Shown: one piece after another, positions 9,257 through 18,399 of the stretch
How positions within the stretch are numbered: position 1 is the stretch's first letter
Layout: each line of letters opens with the position of its first letter
IMG/VR virus record: IMGVR_UViG_3300009082_000002
Span: 32,001 to 96,000 of that record
DNA: 64,000 nucleotides
Reading direction: 5' to 3' (one strand)
From: a virus
Position numbers and translations under genes: made by a program
Notes under the pieces: model-generated
Database searches by the model: none
What the model saw: only the letters and a program-made list of their open reading frames with translations
What the model was told of the DNA's origin: nothing

Positions 9257-9558
9257 TGAGCTGGAACAATGTCGTCCGCCTCTCCGCGCCGGTCGTCAAC
9301 CAGCTGCGGCGCGAGAGCGACAAGGTTCAGCTCCCGGAAGATGTTGTCCGGCTGCTCCTGGACGTCTACGGCACCGCGACGCTGAACTGGGTGCGCGCCA
9401 TGCCCGACAGCCGTGCGGGCTTTGAGATCATCCGTTGTGCCGCGCTCGACGCGCTCGGGCTCCACGGGGACACCTTGCTCGGAATCCTCACCGGTGCAGG
9501 TCTCGACCCCCTGGTGCTCGAAGCGTTCTGGCGCGCAAGGGCACGGGACACGCGATGA
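9256..9558 (+). CDS. Hypothetical protein
   Basis: Translational coupling on both sides. Confidence 0.6.
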   Translation: MSWNNVVRLSAPVVNQLRRESDKVQLPEDVVRLLLDVYGTATLNWVRAMPDSRAGFEIIRCAALDALGLHGDTLLGILTGAGLDPLVLEAFWRARARDTR

Positions 9559-9809
9559 CCTCGCAGGAGCGAATCGACAGGCTCGGCCGCGTGCTGTGCT
9601 TCACGCCGGGCTCGGCCGGGTTCGACCTGAAGCAGGACATCGGTGGTCGGCGGTGCTGGTGGCTCGTCGGCGGTGTCGAGGGCGACCAGGCGCTGCCTGG
9701 CACCTGCGGGATGAACACGCTGGCCGAAGCGCTGGACGCGGCCGAGGCGTGGTTCGCGCCGGAGGTCGACGAGTTCGAGAACGCGTCGGCAAGGGCAAGA
9801 ACGCGATGA
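9555..9809 (+). CDS. Hypothetical protein
   Basis: ATGA overlaps. Confidence 0.55.
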   Translation: MTSQERIDRLGRVLCFTPGSAGFDLKQDIGGRRCWWLVGGVEGDQALPGTCGMNTLAEALDAAEAWFAPEVDEFENASARARTR

Positions 9810-10150
9810 GCGAGTGCGACTCGGCCGCGCGGCCGCGGCACGCCCGGGCTCTGCGTGACGTGGGGCTCGCAGCGGTTCGTCGTCACGGTCGAGGAGCTGG
9901 AGGAGAGACGGTGAAGAAAGACGCACGCACGGAGCACGGGCCGGTGATCATCGAGGACCTGGCCGGCGTGCCTGCGGCCCTTTACGAGCTGGCCGAGCGT
10001 CTCTCGTGGAACGGGAAGCCGATCTCCGCCTCACGGGTCGAGAGCTGCGCACGGGAAAGTGCTGTCCTTCTGGCCAGCGCGCGCTTCGTGCCGCTGTTCT
10101 CCAGCCTGCCTCAACTTGGGCCGTTGAATCCGGCCCGGAGGAATCGCTGA
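9806..10150 (+). CDS. Hypothetical protein (start may be GTG 9911)
   Basis: Gene tiling; strong GGAGGAG SD before 9911. Confidence 0.45.
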   Translation: MSECDSAARPRHARALRDVGLAAVRRHGRGAGGETVKKDARTEHGPVIIEDLAGVPAALYELAERLSWNGKPISASRVESCARESAVLLASARFVPLFSSLPQLGPLNPARRNR

Positions 10151-10392
10151 TGACGGCGAGACGGTGGACCAAGGAACGGCCGACCGGCCAGTGGCAGATG
10201 GCGGTGGTGCTCTACGCTGATGGCGACTTCGCGGTGCGTTTTCCGCACGCCGTCGAACACCGGCCGGTGGCGGCATGGCTCGTAGTGACGCCGCCGCGCT
10301 CCAGCCAGTGCCCAGGGTGCGACTCCGAGGTGCTGGCCGGCGAAGCGTGCGGGGTCTGCGGTGCTACGCCGTCGAAGGGTCGGGCGAGGTGA
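10150..10392 (+). CDS. Hypothetical zinc-ribbon protein
   Basis: CPGC..CGVC; GGAGG SD. Confidence 0.5.
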   Translation: MTARRWTKERPTGQWQMAVVLYADGDFAVRFPHAVEHRPVAAWLVVTPPRSSQCPGCDSEVLAGEACGVCGATPSKGRAR

Positions 10393-10541
10393 TGATGTTC
10401 GATCTGCGGAAGTTCGTGCGCGAACATGTGCTACTCATCCGGCAGCGTCCGACAGTACGGATTCCTGATGGTGCGGTACGCGGAGGGCGCGATGGGCGCG
10501 TCCGACAGGTATGACACCATCGCCACGATACGAGCGGAGGC

Positions 10542-11009
10542 GTGATGTGGTTCTACTTCAACGGTCACGGCGAGATCGATTGGGACTTTGACGACGTGCC
10601 GGGCGGTGCGCACGATTCGGCCAGGCTCATCAAGGGCGCGATTCGCGAGGCCCTGGTGAAGTTCGGGCTCGTGAACATCGACCTCGCCGTTGAGCCCGAC
10701 ACGCGCGACAACCCGGGCAGCGAGCCCCGGCTCGATCAGAAGGCGTTGGAGGCCAGAGAGTGGAAGTTCAAAGACAAGCCGAAGGTCTCGGCAGAGCTGG
10801 AGGACTTGGCGGTCGAGTTGTTGGCCAAGGCCGTCGAGCGCTGCGGCGAAGGCCAGCCGCGTGAACTTCGGCACGTCCACCTTGAACGCCTCTTCGCGAC
10901 CGGCTCGTCCTTCGTCTTCTGGCTCTGCCGCGAGTTCGGCATCGACCCTCACGAGGAGCTTGGCGAGCGCCGTTGCGGCTCCCGTACCTGCCCGGAGTGC
11001 AACCGATGA
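10542..11009 (+). CDS. Hypothetical protein
   Basis: GGAGG SD; C-terminal Cys cluster. Confidence 0.6.
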   Translation: MMWFYFNGHGEIDWDFDDVPGGAHDSARLIKGAIREALVKFGLVNIDLAVEPDTRDNPGSEPRLDQKALEAREWKFKDKPKVSAELEDLAVELLAKAVERCGEGQPRELRHVHLERLFATGSSFVFWLCREFGIDPHEELGERRCGSRTCPECNR

Positions 11010-11452
11010 GCGGCAAGCCGATGCTCGTTCTTGACGACCTCGAAGTCGGCGGCACGATGACCGAGGCGAGCGCGCGTCGGTTCATAGGCCTCTGTGAGCG
11101 GTACAGCCTGCTCGATGTTTACTTCCCGCCGCGTGTCGTGATCGGCCCGCTGCCCTTGCTCGACCGGATGGCCCAGGCGGTGTGCAACTGGAGCGCGGCC
11201 TTGCAGCGCGCTCACGTCCGCGCCTGGTGCAAGGCGCACGGCGTCGATTGCCCGTGGGGCTACATCGACCACGTCCGAAGCCAGAGCGCGAAGCTGCGCA
11301 CGCCCTGGACGCAACGGCCGGACTGTACGAGGTACCCGCGCGCAGAAGTGCGCGACGGCAACGGCTCGACCATCGTGATCGTGTCGACGCGCGCGTTCAA
11401 GCAGGATCTCTTCGAGTCGTTGAAGAAGCGAACGAAAGGAATCGAGGGGTGA
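11006..11452 (+). CDS. Hypothetical protein
   Basis: ATGA overlap. Confidence 0.55.
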   Translation: MSGKPMLVLDDLEVGGTMTEASARRFIGLCERYSLLDVYFPPRVVIGPLPLLDRMAQAVCNWSAALQRAHVRAWCKAHGVDCPWGYIDHVRSQSAKLRTPWTQRPDCTRYPRAEVRDGNGSTIVIVSTRAFKQDLFESLKKRTKGIEG

Positions 11453-11727
11453 TGGCAAAGCCAAAGGTGAAGGCGACTATCCTGCCGCTGGTCCAGGTCC
11501 GCATCGAGGGCGAGCAGCCGAAGGGGAAGATCGGGTTCCCGGTCATCCGCGACGATGGCGGCCTGGTCCACGAGTTCCTTCTGTGGCAGCTCGACTCCGG
11601 CGTGTTCGGTGTGGCGCGGGCCGGCGGGCAAAGCGGCGGCGGTTCCTTCTGCGGGTACTTCTATCCGGAGGATGCGGAAGCTGTCGCCGCGTGGCTGCGC
11701 GAGCACGGCGTCGAGGTGGAAGCGTGA
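11452..11727 (+). CDS. Hypothetical protein
   Basis: TGATG coupling. Confidence 0.55.
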   Translation: MAKPKVKATILPLVQVRIEGEQPKGKIGFPVIRDDGGLVHEFLLWQLDSGVFGVARAGGQSGGGSFCGYFYPEDAEAVAAWLREHGVEVEA

Positions 11728-11990
11728 CGGAGCTGACCACCTTCGACCTGGTCGTCATCGTCGTCGCGACGTTCGGGACCGGCCTGCTGATAGGCCGACT
11801 CTTCGAGCGGACTGGCTGGCGGTACGGCATCGCGCTCAACACCGAAGCGGACGGTTTTTTTCATGTCCTTTTCCTCAAGCTCTGGCGCCGCGAGCTTCAT
11901 CCTTCACAAGCCGCGACCGCGCTGGTCGCGTGGAGTCGCGGCGACGCAGCCTTCCGGGTCTGGATCAGTGACCACGTTGACTCTGACTAA
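11724..11990 (+). CDS. Hypothetical membrane protein
   Basis: GTGA overlap; N-terminal hydrophobic helix. Confidence 0.5.
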   Translation: MTELTTFDLVVIVVATFGTGLLIGRLFERTGWRYGIALNTEADGFFHVLFLKLWRRELHPSQAATALVAWSRGDAAFRVWISDHVDSD

Positions 11991-12082
11991 AGCGCGTTTT
12001 TTAGGTCCACGGCCGACCGCTTCCGCGAATCATTGGCTAGGTACGGGCATGGCGCCCGATAGTCGAACCAAGGAGGGCAAAG

Positions 12083-13279
12083 ATGATCAGGGTCGATCAA
12101 CGCGACTTTTCGGCGGCGTTGGAGGCAGCGCGGCAAGCCTGTAGCCGGGTAGGCTCGCTCCCCATCCTGGCGCAGGCGAGCGTTGTCTGCCACGACGGCG
12201 AGTTGAAGATCGACTGCACCGATCTCGACGTGCGGCTGGTCTGCACGCTGGCCGCGGCAGGCGAGGGCAAGTTCCTTCTGCCTGCCGCGAAGCTGGCCAA
12301 GGTCGTAAAGCCGCAGGGCGCGAAGAAGGCTTCGCGCCAGATCGTGATCGGCGTCGAGGACGAAAAGCCCATCGTCATGATCGACGGCGCGAAGGTGAAG
12401 TTCCCGCTCCAGTGCGCGCCGGAGGACTGGCCTGTCGAGGCCGTCTGTGAGTGGAAGCTCCGCGGCCACTACGCGACGGCCGAGACGCTGCGCGCGTTGA
12501 AGTACTGTCTGCCGGCTGCTTCCACCGACGATATGCGCCCGCACCTGGGCTGTGTGTTCTTCTTCGGCTCGCGGCTCATCTCCACGGACGGGCACCGGCT
12601 CCACATCGTGCACCTCGGCGGCGAGCCACACGAGAGCACGTGGCTTGCGCGTCAGGGCGTGTGCCACCTCGTCAAGCTCTGTGACGCCGAGTCCTTCGAT
12701 CTCTTCGCGGTCGATGGCGAGGATCACATCGGTCGTTGTCGCGTGACGTGGCCAGGTCGTGTGCTCGTCCGCGACACGCCGGTCGGTGCCATCGATCTGA
12801 ACTTCGACCGAGTCATCGGTGACACGCGCGCATCCCGCGGCATCGTCTTCAATCTGACGCGCGTGGATCTGCTCGACCGGTTGAAGAAAGCGAAGGCGAT
12901 GCTCGACAAGAGCGCGGATCTGATCGTGGAGTACGAGTCGGGACGCTGGCTGAAAATGGAGGGGTGCGAGCGTGTCGCGGACAAGACCACGGTGGAGTGG
13001 AAGCAACCGCACGACGGCGTCGAGGACAATCGCGAGAAGTTCGTCCCAGACTGTCAGCCGAGCGACGTGAGCGACGAGGAGTGGGCCGAGCATGCGCACG
13101 CCGAGCCACAGTCCTGTCACTTCGCGCAGCCGGCCAAGTTCTGCGTTGGGCTCGACTACGCGATTGACGCGCTGGCCGATGGTGACGACCTGGTCGAGCT
13201 GAAGTTCACCGACTCGCTGCTGCCGATCCACTTGCGCAGCGGCGATTATGAATCGATCGTCATGCCGATCAGGATCTAG
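12083..13279 (+). CDS. DNA polymerase III beta sliding-clamp-like protein (divergent, phage-encoded)
   Basis: LPILA..TDLDV, AASTDDMRPHLGCV, STDGHRL and C-terminal IVMPIRI match DnaN hallmarks; AAGGAGG SD. Confidence 0.85.
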   Translation: MIRVDQRDFSAALEAARQACSRVGSLPILAQASVVCHDGELKIDCTDLDVRLVCTLAAAGEGKFLLPAAKLAKVVKPQGAKKASRQIVIGVEDEKPIVMIDGAKVKFPLQCAPEDWPVEAVCEWKLRGHYATAETLRALKYCLPAASTDDMRPHLGCVFFFGSRLISTDGHRLHIVHLGGEPHESTWLARQGVCHLVKLCDAESFDLFAVDGEDHIGRCRVTWPGRVLVRDTPVGAIDLNFDRVIGDTRASRGIVFNLTRVDLLDRLKKAKAMLDKSADLIVEYESGRWLKMEGCERVADKTTVEWKQPHDGVEDNREKFVPDCQPSDVSDEEWAEHAHAEPQSCHFAQPAKFCVGLDYAIDALADGDDLVELKFTDSLLPIHLRSGDYESIVMPIRI

Positions 13280-13288
13280 TTCGGAGGT

Positions 13289-14314
13289 ATGCGAGCGATG
13301 AGCAAGTGTCGGGTGGCGCGAGTTCCGAAGGAGGAAAGCAAGGGCTGGCATGAGTACGGGTGGCTCAAGCCGATCTTGCTCGCTTGTGACAGCCTCATCG
13401 GCCATGGCCGGCTGGAGTACTGGCTCGGCGTCGAGGCCGAGGGCAAGCTGCCGGCCGAACCCATCCCGCAGATCCACTGGCGGCACTCGATGGATACCGA
13501 GACCCGTGAGAACTTGCGCGAGTTGTCGAAGACGGTCGCGGAGCGCGGCGAGTACAAGGGCCCACCGCTCTCGCCCAAGGGTGCGTACCAGCACGTCGGC
13601 CAACTGATCGACAAGCTCGGCGGCGGGTGGGATGCGCTCACTTACTTCATCCGCTGGCTGGCCTGGGGGCTGGGCGTGAGCGCGGAACGCAACGAGGAAC
13701 CATACCAGCCATGGGGCGCGGATGCGGCCTGGGGCGATACGCTCTTTCGTGAGTTCCACCTTCAACGCCTGCTCGCGGCTGACGCGGACGTGCTTGGCTA
13801 CTGGCTCGCGGAGCGACGCGGCAAGGGCTGGAATCCTAACGCGTTCTTCCCGACGCCGATGAACGTGTGCGATTGCATGGCGCGGATGACCATGCACGAT
13901 GTCGGTTCGACATTGCCGGACGGCCGGGACGCGCGGCTCGCCTCGGTGTGCGATCCATGCGTTGGCACCGGGCGGATGCTCCTGGCTGCGAGTAACTTCT
14001 CGCTCAACCTCCACGGTATGGACATCGACGGCCTGATGGTCGACGCCTGCTCGGTGAACCTCGCCCTTTTCGCGCCGTGGGCGGTGTACATCGGACCGCG
14101 CCAGCGGGAGATCCTGTCGCGCGACTCGGGCTCCGGCGAAGACGGTGAGCGGCGCGTGGAACAGATCGATGCGCTCCGCGCGGAGCGCGGGATGCCGACA
14201 CTACCGAAGACGATCAAGCGCGAGCGGCCGGGATATGTGGTCAGCCGTCACGGCAGCGGCGACATCTTTTCGGCCAAGGTCGTGAAACGTGAGCGACCGA
14301 AAGGGATCGTATGA
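13289..14314 (+). CDS. N-6 DNA methylase-like SAM-binding protein
   Basis: FFPTP..V..MARM, DPCVGTGRMLLA, GMDID; no NPPF/Y motif seen. Confidence 0.7.
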   Translation: MRAMSKCRVARVPKEESKGWHEYGWLKPILLACDSLIGHGRLEYWLGVEAEGKLPAEPIPQIHWRHSMDTETRENLRELSKTVAERGEYKGPPLSPKGAYQHVGQLIDKLGGGWDALTYFIRWLAWGLGVSAERNEEPYQPWGADAAWGDTLFREFHLQRLLAADADVLGYWLAERRGKGWNPNAFFPTPMNVCDCMARMTMHDVGSTLPDGRDARLASVCDPCVGTGRMLLAASNFSLNLHGMDIDGLMVDACSVNLALFAPWAVYIGPRQREILSRDSGSGEDGERRVEQIDALRAERGMPTLPKTIKRERPGYVVSRHGSGDIFSAKVVKRERPKGIV

Positions 14315-14682
14315 ATGCGTATGAGTGGGGGCGAACACGCAAGCCATACCCGAGCTGCGAGGTCGCGCTGGAGTGGCGGAGTAGGCTTGGGCCGATCAGG
14401 AGGTACCCCGTGAGCGAGTCGCATGCGTTGATGAGTGCAGAGTTGGTGGCTCTGCGTCAGGAGAACGACCGGCTCCGCGAGGAGAAAGACCAGGCTGTGC
14501 AGGCGCTCCGGCAGGAAGTGGAAGCACTGCGCCAGCGGTACTCGGTGCTCATGCAGCAGTATCAGGACGAGGTCGAGTTGCGTCTGGCCGCGGAGTGCGA
14601 CGCGAAGACCCTGGAAGAGAAGCTGGCTGTCCTGCGCGAATCGATCACGGTCCTTCCGCAAAGTGGCGGCAGGATGCCTTGA
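14311..14682 (+). CDS. Coiled-coil hypothetical protein (paralogue of 16220..16438)
   Basis: QYQ.E.ELR.AAECDA..L..KL shared with 16220..16438. Confidence 0.6.
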   Translation: MNAYEWGRTRKPYPSCEVALEWRSRLGPIRRYPVSESHALMSAELVALRQENDRLREEKDQAVQALRQEVEALRQRYSVLMQQYQDEVELRLAAECDAKTLEEKLAVLRESITVLPQSGGRMP

Positions 14683-14732
14683 CGACACGTGGGCTATCAT
14701 CGACGACGAGCGCTGGCTCGGAGGAGGCTGCG

Positions 14733-14957
14733 ATGGGATGGATCGGTGATGCGAGCAGGATCGAAGACGCGCTTAAGGCGCGCGGTGCCGGGAAGGACGA
14801 GCAGGGCCGCTTCCTGATTCGCAGCGGGCGCGTCGTGACTTTCATGGGCGCTGGCGGGGAGGCCGTGGTGGACGACGCTTGCGAGTGCCTGATCAACGGT
14901 GAGTGGACGCCGCTCATCCCGCTGCTTCACGGCGGGCTGCGCGTGACGGTGATCTGA
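14733..14957 (+). CDS. Hypothetical protein
   Basis: GGAGGAGG SD. Confidence 0.55.
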   Translation: MGWIGDASRIEDALKARGAGKDEQGRFLIRSGRVVTFMGAGGEAVVDDACECLINGEWTPLIPLLHGGLRVTVI

Positions 14958-15277
14958 TGTTGACCAGGACTGCGCGCTTGAGGGTTGTGCTGGAGATGCC
15001 GGAGGAGCACTGCTGGCACGATCCACCGTGCCTGGTTTCGGTTGAGTTCGTGGACCCGACCGCGTGCGAGCCCGGGAGGATGGCGGATACGAAGGCGTTC
15101 CGCGAGGAGTGGGGCGCTGTCGGCGAGGCTCTGTTCTGGGATGTCGAGGATCGCGAGTTTCACGGGTGCAGGATCGAGGTGGTCGGGACTCTCTGGTGGG
15201 AGAGCACGAGCAGCGCCGATTATGGGATCGACTACGACTGTGGCTTTGATGTCACGGAGAGGAGGATTGTGCCGTGA
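14957..15277 (+). CDS. Hypothetical acidic protein
   Basis: TGATG coupling. Confidence 0.5.
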   Translation: MLTRTARLRVVLEMPEEHCWHDPPCLVSVEFVDPTACEPGRMADTKAFREEWGAVGEALFWDVEDREFHGCRIEVVGTLWWESTSSADYGIDYDCGFDVTERRIVP

Positions 15278-15912
15278 ACACGGAGATCCCGTGCATGGCC
15301 GATGTGATGCCCGAGGGCGAGGTTGGTGCGGCACGGGTGTCGCACTTCGAGCTGAAGGGTGATGCGTTACTGCTCGCCAACGTGCGCGCGATCTGTAGCG
15401 GGTTCGGCATCGGCATGGTGAGTACCGGACGGTACGCGCGCTTGAGCATCGGCAGCGTGCTCTGGATGTCTGACACGCAGTTGGAGCGGCGTTCTTCGGA
15501 GGAGTTCTTGTGCGAGGCGCGGGGGGACGTGCTGATCAGTGGCCTCGGTCTGGGGATGGTCGTCGTCCCGCTGCTGTCCGATTCGAAGGTGCACTCGATC
15601 ACGGTGATCGAGCGCAGCGAGGATGTCGTGCAACTCATCGAGCCCAGGCTCAAGGCGATGCCAGGTGGTGAGAAGCTCACGGTCATCGTAGCCGATGTGT
15701 TCGAGTGGCAGCCGCCCAAGGGGCAGACGTGGGATGTGATCTATCACGATGTCTGGCTGGACATATGCACGGGCAACCTGAAAGAGATTGCGGTGCTGAA
15801 GCGAAAGTTCGCTCGACGGAAGCGCCCTGGCGGCTGGCACGGGGCGTGGTTGCACGGCTGGTTGACCAGGAGGCGGCGTCAGGAGCAGAGACGGTCGGGG
15901 AGGATCTGGTGA
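15274..15912 (+). CDS. Class I SAM-dependent methyltransferase (spermidine-synthase-like fold)
   Basis: VLISGLGLG, ITVIERS.DV, ADVFEW, WDVIYHDVW. Confidence 0.75.
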   Translation: MNTEIPCMADVMPEGEVGAARVSHFELKGDALLLANVRAICSGFGIGMVSTGRYARLSIGSVLWMSDTQLERRSSEEFLCEARGDVLISGLGLGMVVVPLLSDSKVHSITVIERSEDVVQLIEPRLKAMPGGEKLTVIVADVFEWQPPKGQTWDVIYHDVWLDICTGNLKEIAVLKRKFARRKRPGGWHGAWLHGWLTRRRRQEQRRSGRIW

Positions 15913-15951
15913 ACACATCGAAGAGATCCAAGAAGTACCGCAAGCGAGACG

Positions 15952-16215
15952 GTGCGGCGCACGAAGGGCCGCGCAGCCTTCCTCACGGAGCACGGCGTGG
16001 TCTGCATCCACGACGCCGTGAAGCTCGGGCCGTGGCGCGTCGTTGCGTACAGCGAGATCAAGGCTGGCGACGTGATCCGGCTGGCACCGCACGAATCAGG
16101 GATCTGTTCGTGCTGCGGCGAGATTAACCCTGACGCTCACGAGCCAGTCCTGGTGCGGCTCGTGAGGTCCGACGGTTCGCGCGAAGGCGTCTTCGTCCGC
16201 GACTTGAGAAGGTGA
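15952..16215 (+). CDS. Hypothetical protein
   Basis: ORF fills the gap; CxxC; start uncertain. Confidence 0.45.
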   Translation: MRRTKGRAAFLTEHGVVCIHDAVKLGPWRVVAYSEIKAGDVIRLAPHESGICSCCGEINPDAHEPVLVRLVRSDGSREGVFVRDLRR

Positions 16216-16219
16216 AGCG

Positions 16220-16438
16220 ATGGCGACGTCTGATGCAATCCCGATCCAGGAGATCGCGGATCTGCGGCGAGAGAACCGACTGCTCCGCGAGCGGTGCGAG
16301 GTGCTGGCCGACCAGTATCAGCAGGAGGCCGAGCTGCGTTATGCTGCCGAGTGCGACGCAGCCTGGCTGAAGAAGAAGCTGGACGAGGCGCAGGCGAAAC
16401 AGGTCGCCTGGGAACGCGACGAGGTGAACTGGCCATGA
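16220..16438 (+). CDS. Coiled-coil hypothetical protein
   Basis: AAGGTG SD; paralogous to 14311..14682. Confidence 0.6.
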   Translation: MATSDAIPIQEIADLRRENRLLRERCEVLADQYQQEAELRYAAECDAAWLKKKLDEAQAKQVAWERDEVNWP

Positions 16439-16689
16439 AGCAGAGTCGGCGGCGTGGGCGGCAGGAGCGGCGGCGCGGCCCGGACGGGGACATGTGCGCG
16501 CTCCGAATGATGCGGAAGGATCTTGGTGTGCGCCAGAAGGAACTCGCCTTCGCAGTCGGCTGTTGCCGGCAGTATCTAGCAGGCTGCGAGATCGGCACCA
16601 GAGTTCCGAGCCCAGAGCTGCGAGAGCGAATTCGTGCTGCACTGACGCGGTACGATCTCGGCGGAAGCCTGGAGGCGAGGAAGCCGTGA
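16435..16689 (+). CDS. XRE-family HTH regulator
   Basis: LRMMRKDLGVRQKELAFAVGCCRQYLAGCEIGTRVPS. Confidence 0.8.
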   Translation: MKQSRRRGRQERRRGPDGDMCALRMMRKDLGVRQKELAFAVGCCRQYLAGCEIGTRVPSPELRERIRAALTRYDLGGSLEARKP

Positions 16690-16880
16690 AGACCTTGCGC
16701 GAGTTCGAGGTCGGTAGCAGCTTCGAGATCAAGGACAAGACGGACCTCATGATCCGGCTTGTCTGCTTGAAGTGCGGGCACGACTTCGTTGTGGACCTCA
16801 CCTGGCTCGACAACGCGGCCTGGAGCTCGCGTCTTGCTTGCTACATGCCGCGCTGCCCGAACTGCGGATCGACCGGATGA
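16686..16880 (+). CDS. Zinc-ribbon protein
   Basis: CLKCG...CPNCGS. Confidence 0.6.
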   Translation: MKTLREFEVGSSFEIKDKTDLMIRLVCLKCGHDFVVDLTWLDNAAWSSRLACYMPRCPNCGSTG

Positions 16881-17206
16881 CGGACGAGCTACCGATCCGG
16901 CCCTGCGTCGGCTGCGGGTATTGCTGTCGCAAGGCGCGCTGCGCTGTGTCCTTCATCGCGGAGGGCTGGCCAGTTGGCGTGGACCCGTTTGATGTCGTCG
17001 GCGAGTCGCGGGCTTGTCCGTTCCTGTTGCGGCACGGCGGACTCTATCGCTGCAGCATTGCCGGGCAGTATGCGGCGGCGTTGGCTATCGGAGCCGGCTG
17101 TTGTGCGCCTTTTAACAGCGACCGGCTGGCGATGGTCCGTCGCCTTCGCGAGCAGCGAATCATCGAGCAGACCGCGCAGAGCCGCGGCGAGGAGGACAGC
17201 CGATGA
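16877..17206 (+). CDS. CxxCxxCC (YkgJ-like) cysteine-cluster protein
   Basis: CVGCGYCC..C..CPFL..CSI. Confidence 0.65.
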   Translation: MTDELPIRPCVGCGYCCRKARCAVSFIAEGWPVGVDPFDVVGESRACPFLLRHGGLYRCSIAGQYAAALAIGAGCCAPFNSDRLAMVRRLREQRIIEQTAQSRGEEDSR

Positions 17207-17613
17207 GCGACGAGAAGAAACGGCCGGAGCCGCGCGAGTGGGAAGTGGTGCTCGACGACGTGGGTGACAAGCTCAATGAGGATCTGGCGTCTGGTGCTCT
17301 TGGCCGGCGCGTGGTGGGATACATCCGCGAGGTGGTCCTGCAGTTCTTCGAGACCGAGTTCAAGGCAATGGCCGAGCGTATGGACGCCGACGAGGACAGG
17401 ATCTCCGAACTGGAGGAGGAGAAAGAAACCCAGCTCACGGTCGAGTGCGAGGACGTCGAACGCGCGCTCGTCATCGGTGGCTTGCTCTCGCATCGCTTCG
17501 AGGCTCACGATGCGGCGCGCTTCCTGTCGGAAGTCGCCGACCTGCTGCGCGGGGCGAGTCGCGAGCTGGCAGAAAAGCTCGACGAGGTGGCGCGCGTGAT
17601 CGGGAGGTGCTAG
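17203..17613 (+). CDS. Hypothetical acidic protein
   Basis: GAGGAGG SD, ATGA overlap. Confidence 0.6.
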   Translation: MSDEKKRPEPREWEVVLDDVGDKLNEDLASGALGRRVVGYIREVVLQFFETEFKAMAERMDADEDRISELEEEKETQLTVECEDVERALVIGGLLSHRFEAHDAARFLSEVADLLRGASRELAEKLDEVARVIGRC

Positions 17614-17952
17614 GTGGCGAAGCCAGGGAAGAAGCGGAGCCCAGCGCCGGCTGCGGAGCCAGCGCGGATCACGGCAGTCACAGTCGCGATGCAACGGGTC
17701 TATAGCATCGGTCGCTTCAAGACGCTGCGCTACGATGTCCAGGCCCAGGGCGAGGTCCAGTCTGGTCACGACGCGTCCGACGCGGTCGATCAACTCACGG
17801 CATTCCTTGACGCGAAGGTCGCGCAGTTTGCAGCGGACCGAGACCTTGACCACTTGGTCCCGAACCGCGACTCGGCCGCAGCGCTCGGCAGCGAGTTTGA
17901 GGAAAAGGAAGAAGACGAGAACGATCCCGATTATGACGACGAGGGCGAGTAG
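17614..17952 (+). CDS. Hypothetical protein with acidic tail
   Basis: GGAGGT SD; D/E-rich C-terminus. Confidence 0.6.
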   Translation: MAKPGKKRSPAPAAEPARITAVTVAMQRVYSIGRFKTLRYDVQAQGEVQSGHDASDAVDQLTAFLDAKVAQFAADRDLDHLVPNRDSAAALGSEFEEKEEDENDPDYDDEGE

Positions 17953-17954
17953 CG

Positions 17955-18003
17955 GGGCGCCTGGCGCGGCAAGTTCCCCTCCGACTTGCCGCGCCAGGCG
18001 CCC
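17955..18003. repeat. Perfect 20-bp inverted repeat (hairpin)
   Basis: GGGCGCCTGGCGCGGCAAGT, 9-nt loop, ACTTGCCGCGCCAGGCGCCC. Confidence 0.9.
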
Positions 18004-18027
18004 GGGGCTCAACGAAAGGAGCACACG

Positions 18028-18333
18028 GTGAAGAAGGAACGAACCGGAAAGGGTCAAGCGCCGAGGCGGCACAGGCGAGACCTCTCCACGCTCGGCGAGT
18101 TCGTCGTGGCGCGGCTGAAGCGGCTCGACGTCGAGAAGCAAGCCGTTGCAGCGCGGCACGGGATCTCTCCGCAGAACTTGAGCGCCATGCTGCGCTCTCA
18201 CGATCCGCGTCTTTCAACGATTCGCAAGCTGGCTGCGATTCTCGGCACGACTGCCGCCAAGTTGCTCGGCGACGTGGACCGTATCGCGCATCGGCGCGGA
18301 GCCATCAAAAGGATGCGGCCGTCTTCCACTTGA
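18028..18333 (+). CDS. Cro/CI-type HTH regulator
   Basis: QAVAARHGISPQNLSAML..DPRLSTIRKLAAILG; AAGGAG SD. Confidence 0.75.
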   Translation: MKKERTGKGQAPRRHRRDLSTLGEFVVARLKRLDVEKQAVAARHGISPQNLSAMLRSHDPRLSTIRKLAAILGTTAAKLLGDVDRIAHRRGAIKRMRPSST

Positions 18334-18359
18334 CCATCCGTCTCTTCGTCTGGTAGGCT
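18330..18359 (+). promoter_or_regulatory. Putative sigma70 promoter
   Basis: TTGACC, 18 nt, TAGGCT preceded by TGn (extended -10). Confidence 0.45.
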
Positions 18360-18399
18360 ATGTCCGTCTTGCAAGGCATTTTTGCCAGGAGGAAGGACA

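Noticed and set aside
11990-12082. Fourth copy of the early promoter cassette
   Set aside because: It has a T-tract instead of an A-tract, no matching -35/-10, and its upstream ATG is out of frame with the clamp gene.
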